Assembly: GCF_009914755.1 (NCBI RefSeq)
Contig: NC_060928.1
Length of the DNA: 64,000 nt
Strand: one strand, 5' to 3'
Origin: the human T2T-CHM13v2.0 reference genome, Homo sapiens
The notes below the pieces were generated by a model. It saw nothing but the letters and a program-made list of their open reading frames with translations, did not search any database and was not told where the DNA came from. This document shows, piece by piece, positions 55,501 to 64,000 of the stretch (its first letter is position 1; each line of letters begins with the position of its first letter). Made by a program: the position numbers and the translations under genes.

Positions 55501-58500
55501 AAGCCGTCTCAGAAACTTGTTTGTGATGTGTGTATTCAACTAACAGAGTTGAACATTTCTGTTACAGAGCAATTTTAAAACACTCTTTTTGTGGAATCTG
55601 AAAGTGGATAATTGGATAGCTTCGTGGATTTCGTTGGAAACGGGATGACGTATAAAATCTAGAGAGAAGCATTCTCAGGAACTTCTTTGTGATGTTTGCA
55701 TTCAAGTCACAGAATTGAACATTCCTTTTCATAGTGCAGGTTTGAAACACTCTTTCTGTAGTATCTGGAAGTGGACATTTCAAGCGCTTTCAGGCCTACG
55801 GGGAGAAAGGAAATATCTTCAAATAAAAACTAGACAGAAGGATTCTCAGAAACTTATTTGTGATGTGTGTCCTAAACGAACACAGTTGAACCTTTGTTTT
55901 GATACAGCATTTTGGAAACACTCCTTTTGTAGGATCTGCAGGTGGATATTTGGATAGATTTTAAGATTTCGTTGGAAACGGGAGTTTCTTCATAGAAACT
56001 CAAGACAGATGCATTCTCAGAAACATCTCTGTGATGTTTGCATTCCACTCATAGATTTGAAAACTTCCTTTCATAGAGCAGGTTTGAAACACTCTTTTTG
56101 TAATATTTGGAAGTGGACATTTGCAGCGCTTTGAGGCCTATGGTGAAAAAGGAAATATCTTCTCATAAAAACCAGAAACAAGCATTCTCAGAAACTTCTT
56201 TTTGATGTGTGTACTCAAGTAACAGAGTTGAACCTTCCTTTTGACACAGCAGTTTTGAAACAATCTTTTTGTAGAATCTGCAAGTGGATATTTGGATAGC
56301 TTTGAGGATTTCGTTGGAAACGGGATATCTTCATATAAAATCTAGACAGAAGCATTCTCAGAAACTTCTTTGTGCTGTATGTCCTCAATTAACAGAGTTG
56401 AACCATTGCTTGGATACAGCATTTTGGAAACATTCCTTGAGTAGAATCTGCAAGTTGATATTTAGATAGATTTGAAGATTTCGTTGGAAAAGGGAATATC
56501 TCCATATAAAATCTAGAGGGAAGCATTCTCAGAAACTGCTTTGTGATGTTTCCATTCAAGTCACAGAGTTGAATATTCCCTTTTATAGAGCACGTTTGAA
56601 ACACTCTTTCTGCACTATCTGGAAGTGGACATTTCGAGCGCTTTGAGGCCTATGGTGAAAAAGGAAATATCTTCCCATAAAAACTAGACAGAAGCATTCT
56701 CAGAAACTTGTTTGTGATGTGTGTATTCAACTAACAGAGTTGAACTTTTGTTTTTACAGAGCCGTTTTAAAACACTCTTTTTGTGGAATCAGAAAGTGGA
56801 TATTCGGATGGCTCTGAGGATTTCGTTGGAAGCGGGATTACATATAAAATCTAGAGAGAAGCATTCTCAGGAACTTCTTTGTGATGTTTGCATTGAAGTC
56901 ACAGAATTGAACATTCACTTTGATAGAGCAGGTTTGAAACACTCATTCTGTAGTATCTGGAAGTGGACATTTCAAGCGCTTTCAGGCCTATGGTGAGAAA
57001 GGAAATATCTTCGAATAAAAACTAGACAGAAGCATCCTCAGAAACTTATTTGTGATGTGTGTCCTCAACTAACAGAGTTGAAACTTTGTTTTGATACAGC
57101 ATTTTGGAAACACTTTTTTTGTAGAATCTGCAGGTGGATATTTGGATAGCTTAGAGGGATTCGTTGGAAAGGGGATATCTTCATATAAAATCTAGACAGA
57201 AGCATTCTCAGAAACTTATTTGTGATGTGTGTCCTCAACTAACAGAGTTGAACCTTGGTTTTGATACAGCATTTTGGAAACGCTCCTTTTGTAGAATCTG
57301 CAGGTGGATATGTGGATAGCTCTGAAGATTTCGTTGGAAACGGGAATTTCTTCATATAAAATCAAACAGAAGCATTCTCAGAAACTTCTCAGTGATGTTT
57401 GCATTCAGCTCATGGAGTTGAACACTTCCTTTCATAGAGCCGGTTTGAAACACTCTTTCTGCACTACCTGGAAGAGGACATTTCGAGCGCTTTGAGTCCT
57501 ATGGTGAAAAAGGAAATATCTTCTCATAAAAACCAGAAAGAAGCATTCTCAGAAACTTCTTTGTGTTGTGTGTACTCATGTAACAGTGTTGAACCATCCT
57601 TTTGACAGAGCAGTTTTGAAACACTCTTTTTGTAGAATCTGCAAGTGGATATTTGGATAGCTTTGAGGATTTCGTTGGAAACGGGATGACATATAATATC
57701 TAGAGAGAAGCATTCTCAGGAACTTCTTTGTGATGTTTGCATTCAAGTCACAGAATTGAACATTCCCTTTCATAGAGCAGGTTTGAAACACTCTTTCTCT
57801 AGTATCTGGAAGTGGGCATTTCAAGCGCTTTCAGGCCTATGGAGAGAAAGGAAATACCTTCAAATAAAAACTAGACAGAAGCATTCTCAGAAACTTATTT
57901 GTGATGTGTGTCCTCAACTAACAGAGTTGAACCTTTGTTTTGATACAGCATTTTGGAAACACTCCTTTTGTAGAATCTGCAGGTGGATATTTGGATAACT
58001 TTGAAGATTTCGTTGGAAACCGGAATATCTTCATATAAAATCAAGACAGAAGCATTCTCGGAAACATCTCTGTGATGTTTGCATTCAACTCAGTAGAGTT
58101 GAACACTTCCTTTCATAGAGCCGGTTTGAAACACTCTTTCTGCACTACCTGGAAGCGGACATTTCGAGCGCTTTGAGGCCTATGGTGAAAAAGGAAATAT
58201 CTTCTCATAAAAACCAGAAAGAAGCATTCTCAGAAACTTCTTTGTGTTGTGTGTACTCAAGTAACAGTGTTGAACCTTCCTTTTGACACAGCAGTTTTGA
58301 AACACTCTTTTGGTAGAATCTGCAAGTGGATATTTGGATAGCTTTGAGGATTTCGTTGGAAACGGGTTATCTTCATATAAAATCCAGACAGGAGCATTCT
58401 CAGAAACTTCTTTGTGCTGCATGTCCTCAATTCACAGAGCTGAACCTTTGTTTGGATACAGCATTTTGGAAACATTCCTTTAGTAGAATCTGCAAGTTGA

Positions 58501-61500
58501 TATTTAGATAGCTTTGAAGATTTCGTTGGAAACGGGAATATCTTCATAGAAAATCTAGACGGAAGCATTCTCAGAAACTGCTTTGTGATGTTTGCATTCA
58601 AGTCACAGAGTTGAATATTCCCTTTTATAGAGTAGGTTTGAAACACTCTTTCGGCACTACCTGGAAGTGGATATTTCGAGCTCTTTGAGGCCTATGGTTA
58701 AAAGGAAATATCTTCCCATAAAAACTAGACAGAAGCCGTCTCAGAAACTTGTTTGTGATGTGTGTATTCAACTAACAGAGTTGAACATTTCTGTTACAGA
58801 GCAATTTTAAAACACTCTTTTTGTGGAATCTGAAAGTGGATAATTGGATAGCTTCGTGGATTTCGTTGGAAACGGGATGACGTATAAAATCTAGAGAGAA
58901 GCATTCTCAGGAACTTCTTTGTGATGTTTGCATTCAAGTCACAGAATTGAACATTCCTTTTCATAGTGCAGGTTTGAAACACTCTTTCTGTAGTATCTGG
59001 AAGTGGACATTTCAAGCGCTTTCAGGCCTACGGGGAGAAAGGAAATATCTTCAAATAAAAACTAGACAGAAGGATTCTCAGAAACTTATTTGTGATGTGT
59101 GTCCTAAACGAACACAGTTGAACCTTTGTTTAGATACAGCATTTTGGAAACACTCCTTTTGTAGGATCTGCAGGTGGATATTTGGATAGATTTTAAGATT
59201 TCGTTGGAAACGGGAGTTTCTTCATAGAAACTCAAGACAGATGCATTCTCAGAAACATCTCTGTGATGTTTGCATTCCACTCATAGAGTTGAAAACTTCC
59301 TTTCATAGAGCAGGTTTGAAACACTCTTTTTGTAATATTTGGAAGTGGACATTTGCAGCGCTTTGAGGCCTATGGTGAAAAAGGAAATATCTTTTCATAA
59401 AAACCAGAAACAAGCATTCTCAGAAACTTCTTTTTGATGTGTGTACTCAAGTAACAGAGTTGAACCTTCCTTTTGACACAGCAGTTTTGAAACAATCTTT
59501 TTGTAGAATCTGCAAGTGGATATTTGGATAGCTTTGAGGATTTCGTTGGAAACGGGATATCTTCATATAAAATCTAGACAGAAGCATTCTCAGAAACTTC
59601 TTTGTGCTGTATGTCCTCAATTAACAGAGTTGAACCATTGCTTGGATACAGCATTTTGGAAACATTCCTTGAGTAGAATCTGCAAGTTGATATTTAGATA
59701 GATTTGAAGATTTCGTTGGAAAAGGGAATATCTCCATATAAAATCTAGACGGAAGCATTCTCAGAAACTGCTTTGTGATGTTTCCATTCAAGTCACAGAG
59801 TTGAATATTCCCTTTTATAGAGCACGTTTGAAACACTCTTTCTGCACTATCTGGAAGTGGACATTTCGAGCGCTTTGAGGCCTATGGTGAAAAAGGAAAT
59901 ATCTTCCCATAAAAATTAGACAGAAGCATTCTCAGAAACTTGTTTGTGATGTGTGTATTCAACTAACAGAGTTGAACTTTTGTTTTTACAGAGCCGTTTT
60001 AAAACACTCTTTTTGTGGAATCAGAAAGTGGATATTCGGATGGCTCTGAGGATTTCGTTGGAAGCGGGATTACATATAAAATCTAGAGAGAAGCATTCTC
60101 AGGAACTTCTTTGTGATGTTTGCATTGAAGTCACAGAATTGAACATTCACTTTGATAGAGCAGGTTTGAAACACTCATTCTGTAGTATCTGGAAGTGGAC
60201 ATTTCAAGCGCTTTCAGGCCTATGGTGAGAAAGGAAATATCTTCGAATAAAAACTAGACAGAAGCATCCTCAGAAACTTATTTGTGATGTGTGTCCTCAA
60301 CTAACAGAGTTGAAACTTTGTTTTGATACAGCATTTTGGAAACACTTTTTTTGTAGAATCTGCAGGTGGATATTTGGATAGCTTAGAGGGATTCGTTGGA
60401 AAGGGGATATCTTCATATAAAATCTAGACAGAAGCATTCTCAGAAACTTATTTGTGATGTGTGTCCTCAACTAACAGAGTTGAACCTTGGTTTTGATACA
60501 GCATTTTGGAAACGCTCCTTTTGTAGAATCTGCAGGTGGATATGTGGATAGCTCTGAAGATTTCGCTGGAAACGGGAATTTCTTCATATAAAATCAAACA
60601 GAAGCATTCTCAGAAACTTCTCAGTGATGTTTGCATTCAGCTCATGGAGTTGAACACTTCCTTTCATAGAGCCGGTTTGAAACACTCTTTCTGCACTACC
60701 TGGAAGAGGACATTTCGAGCGCTTTGAGTCCTATGGTGAAAAAGGAAATATCTTCTCATAAAAACCAGAAAGAAGCATTCTCAGAAACTTCTTTGTGTTG
60801 TGTGTACTCATGTAACAGTGTTGAACCATCCTTTTGACAGAGCAGTTTTGAAACACTCTTTTTGTAGAATCTGCAAGTGGATATTTGGATAGCTTTGAGG
60901 ATTTCGTTGGAAACGGGATGACATATAATATCTAGAAAGAAGCATTCTCAGGAACTTCTTTGTGATGTTTGCATTCAAGTCACAGAATTGAACATTCCCT
61001 TTCATAGAGCAGGTTTGAAACACTCTTTCTCTAGTATCTGGAAGTGGGCATTTCAAGCGCTTTCAGGCCTATGGAGAGAAAGGAAATACCTTCAAATAAA
61101 AACTAGACAGAAGCATTCTCAGAAACTTATTTGTGATGTGTGTCCTCAACTAACAGAGTTGAACCTTTGTTTTGATACAGCATTTTGGAAACACTCCTTT
61201 TGTAGAATCTGCAGGTGGATATTTGGATAACTTTGAAGATTTCGTTGGAAACCGGAATATCTTCATATAAAATCAAGACAGAAGCATTCTCGGAAACATC
61301 TCTGTGATGTTTGCATTCAACTCAGTAGAGTTGAACACTTCCTTTCATAGAGCCGGTTTGAAACACTCTTTCTGCACTACCTGGAAGCGGACATTTCGAG
61401 CGCTTTGAGGCCTATGGTGAAAAAGGAAATATCTTCTCATAAAAACCAGAAAGAAGCATTCTCAGAAACTTCTTTGTGTTGTGTGTACTCAAGTAACAGT

Positions 61501-63158
61501 GTTGAACCTTCCTTTTGACACAGCAGTTTTGAAACACTCTTTTGGTAGAATCTGCAAGTGGATATTTGGATAGCTTTGAGGATTTCGTTGGAAACGGGTT
61601 ATCTTCATATAAAATCCAGACAGGAGCATTCTCAGAAACTTCTTTGTGCTGCATGTCCTCAATTCACAGAGCTGAACCTTTGTTTGGATACAGCATTTTG
61701 GAAACATTCCTTTAGTAGAATCTGCAAGTTGATATTTAGATAGCTTTGAAGATTTCGTTGGAAACGGGAATATCTTCATAGAAAATCTAGACGGAAGCAT
61801 TCTCAGAAACTGCTTTGTGATGTTTGCATTCAAGTCACAGAGTTGAATATTCCCTTTTATAGAGTAGGTTTGAAACACTCTTTCGGCACTACCTGGAAGT
61901 GGATATTTCGAGCTCTTTGAGGCCTATGGTTAAAAGGAAATATCTTCCCATAAAAACTAGACAGAAGCCGTCTCAGAAACTTGTTTGTGATGTGTGTATT
62001 CAACTAACAGAGTTGAACATTTCTGTTACAGAGCAATTTTAAAACACTCTTTTTGTGGAATCTGAAAGTGGATAATTGGATAGCTTTGTGGATTTCGTTG
62101 GAAACGGGATGACGTATAAAATCTAGAGAGAAGCATTCTCAGGAACTTCTTTGTGATGTTTGCATTCAAGTCACAGAATTGAACATTCCTTTTCATAGTG
62201 CAGGTTTGAAACACTCTTTCTGTAGTATCTGGAAGTGGACATTTCAAGCGCTTTCAGGCCTACGGGGAGAAAGGAAATATCTTCAAATAAAAACTAGACA
62301 GAAGGATTCTCAGAAACTTATTTGTGATGTGTGTCCTAAACGAACACAGTTGAACCTTTGTTTAGATACAGCATTTTGGAAACACTCCTTTTGTAGGATC
62401 TGCAGGTGGATATTTGGATAGATTTTAAGATTTCGTTGGAAACGGGAGTTTCTTCATAGAAACTCAAGACAGATGCATTCTCAGAAACATCTCTGTGATG
62501 TTTGCATTCCACTCATAGAGTTGAAAACTTCCTTTCATAGAGCAGGTTTGAAACACTCTTTTTGTAATATTTGGAAGTGGACATTTGCAGCGCTTTGAGG
62601 CCTATGGTGAAAAAGGAAATATCTTTTCATAAAAACCAGAAACAAGCATTCTCAGAAACTTCTTTTTGATGTGTGTACTCAAGTAACAGAGTTGAACCTT
62701 CCTTTTGACACAGCAGTTTTGAAACAATCTTTTTGTAGAATCTGCAAGTGGATATTTGGATAGCTTTGAGGATTTCGTTGGAAACGGGATATCTTCATAT
62801 AAAATCTAGACAGAAGCATTCTCAGAAACTTCTTTGTGCTGTATGTCCTCAATTAACAGAGTTGAACCATTGCTTGGATACAGCATTTTGGAAACATTCC
62901 TTGAGTAGAATCTGCAAGTTGATATTTAGATAGATTTGAAGATTTCGTTGGAAAAGGGAATATCTCCATATAAAATCTAGACGGAAGCATTCTCAGAAAC
63001 TGCTTTGTGATGTTTCCATTCAAGTCACAGAGTTGAATATTCCCTTTTATAGAGCACGTTTGAAACACTCTTTCTGCACTATCTGGAAGTGGACATTTCG
63101 AGCGCTTTGAGGCCTATGGTGAAAAAGGAAATATCTTCCCATAAAAATTAGACAGAAG
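40535..63158 (+). repeat. Seven tandem 19-mers (3,232 bp each)
   Basis: Markers 40561, 43793, 47025, 50257, 53489, 56721, 59953, 63185. Confidence 0.95.
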
Positions 63159-64000
63159 CATTCTCAGAAACTTGTTTGTGATGTGTGTATTCAACTAACA
63201 GAGTTGAACTTTTGTTTTTACAGAGCCGTTTTAAAACACTCTTTTTGTGGAATCAGAAAGTGGATATTCGGATGGCTCTGAGGATTTCGTTGGAAGCGGG
63301 ATTACATATAAAATCTAGAGAGAAGCATTCTCAGGAACTTCTTTGTGATGTTTGCATTGAAGTCACAGAATTGAACATTCACTTTGATAGAGCAGGTTTG
63401 AAACACTCATTCTGTAGTATCTGGAAGTGGACATTTCAAGCGCTTTCAGGCCTATGGTGAAAAAGGAAATATCTTCGAATAAAAACTAGACAGAAGCATC
63501 CTCAGAAACTTATTTGTGATGTGTGTCCTCAACTAACAGAGTTGAAACTTTGTTTTGATACAGCATTTTGGAAACACTCCTTTTGTAGAATCTGCAGGTG
63601 GATATGTGGATAGCTCTGAAGATTTCGTTGGAAACGGGAATTTCTTCATATAAAATCAAACAGAAGCATTCTCAGAAACTTCTCAGTGATGTTTGCATTC
63701 AGCTCATGGAGTTGAACACTTCCTTTCATAGAGCCGGTTTGAAACACTCTTTCTGCACTACCTGGAAGAGGCCATTTCGAGCGCTTTGAGTCCTATGGTG
63801 AAAAAGGAAATATCTTCTCATAAAAACCAGAAAGAAGCATTCTCAGAAACTTCTTTGTGTTGTGTGTACTCATGTAACAGTGTTGAACCATCCTTTTGAC
63901 AGAGCAGTTTTGAAACACTCTTTTTGTAGAATCTGCAAGTGGATATTTGGATAGCTTTGAGGATTTCGTTGGAAACGGGATGACATATAATATCTAGAGA
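63159..64000 (+). repeat. Start of a variant HOR with the m3/4 hybrid (18-mer or 6-mer; truncated by window)
   Basis: Spacing from the m1 marker to the m4 marker is 413 bp (63185 to 63598) instead of 583. Confidence 0.9.

Larger units (their letters stand above)
1..64000 (+). repeat. Alpha-satellite (alphoid) centromeric tandem array, live HOR type, single orientation
   Basis: Continuous ~170-bp monomers starting CATTCTCAGAAACT, with TTGAAACACTCTTT, CENP-B-box (TTTCGTTGGAAACGGGA) and pJalpha-type (CTATGGTGAAAAAGGAA) motifs. No non-satellite sequence or inversion seen. Confidence 0.99.
1..64000 (+). repeat. D4Z1: Probable human chromosome 4 D4Z1 (S2C4H1L) 19-mer HOR array, suprachromosomal family 2
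   Basis: The 3,232-bp period is seen directly (marker ORF starts 4852, 8084, 11316, 14548, 17780, 21012). I counted 19 monomers in 407-3638, with mostly dimeric A/B alternation. The chromosome assignment relies on recalled knowledge that D4Z1 is a ~3.2-kb 19-mer and was not checked by alignment. Confidence 0.85.

Noticed and set aside
60561-60577. CENP-B box variant TTTCGCTGGAAACGGGA
   Set aside because: The change at 60566 is at a non-essential N position, so no loss of binding is predicted.
101-63789. Numerous 61-129 aa ORFs on both strands
   Set aside because: They recur with exact HOR periodicity, overlap on opposite strands, are broken by random SNVs (e.g. stop at ~7213) and show no recognisable domain. 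They are chance translations of alpha satellite.
1-64000. CRISPR-like array (conserved GTTTGAAAC / GTTGGAAAC motifs at regular spacing)
   Set aside because: The intervening sequence is itself repeated monomer rather than unique spacer, the period is ~170 bp, and there are no cas genes.
1-64000. Transposon insertion (L1/Alu), inversion or non-satellite island
   Set aside because: All marker spacings are accounted for by whole monomers plus 1-4 bp indels, leaving no room for an insert. Orientation is constant and there are no poly(A) tails.
1-64000. Claim that this window is the kinetochore (CENP-A/CDR) site or a transcribed cenRNA unit
   Set aside because: This depends on methylation, chromatin and RNA data and cannot be read from sequence. 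TATAAAA-like motifs are ordinary monomer sequence.

Overview
The whole 64 kb is uninterrupted, head-to-tail primate (human-type) alpha-satellite DNA. It consists of ~170-bp monomers organised into a highly homogeneous 3,232-bp, 19-monomer higher-order repeat (HOR), with CENP-B-box and pJalpha-type monomers largely alternating. This best fits the live chromosome 4 centromeric array D4Z1 (S2C4H1L); the assignment comes from recalled HOR size and family, not from a search. There are no genes: the ORFs are satellite translation artefacts, but they mark HOR phase well. I number monomers m1-m19 from position 407. The window holds 17 full 19-mers, two 7-mers, one 6-mer, one 8-mer, one 18-mer and two edge-truncated variant units. 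Points of interest: a cryptic 7+7+5 architecture inside the 19-mer, mappable recombination junctions, a ~20-kb block present twice (offsets 26,184 and 29,245 bp), and clusters of private mutations near two junctions. I found no evidence of a new gene system; the interesting signal is centromere array evolution.
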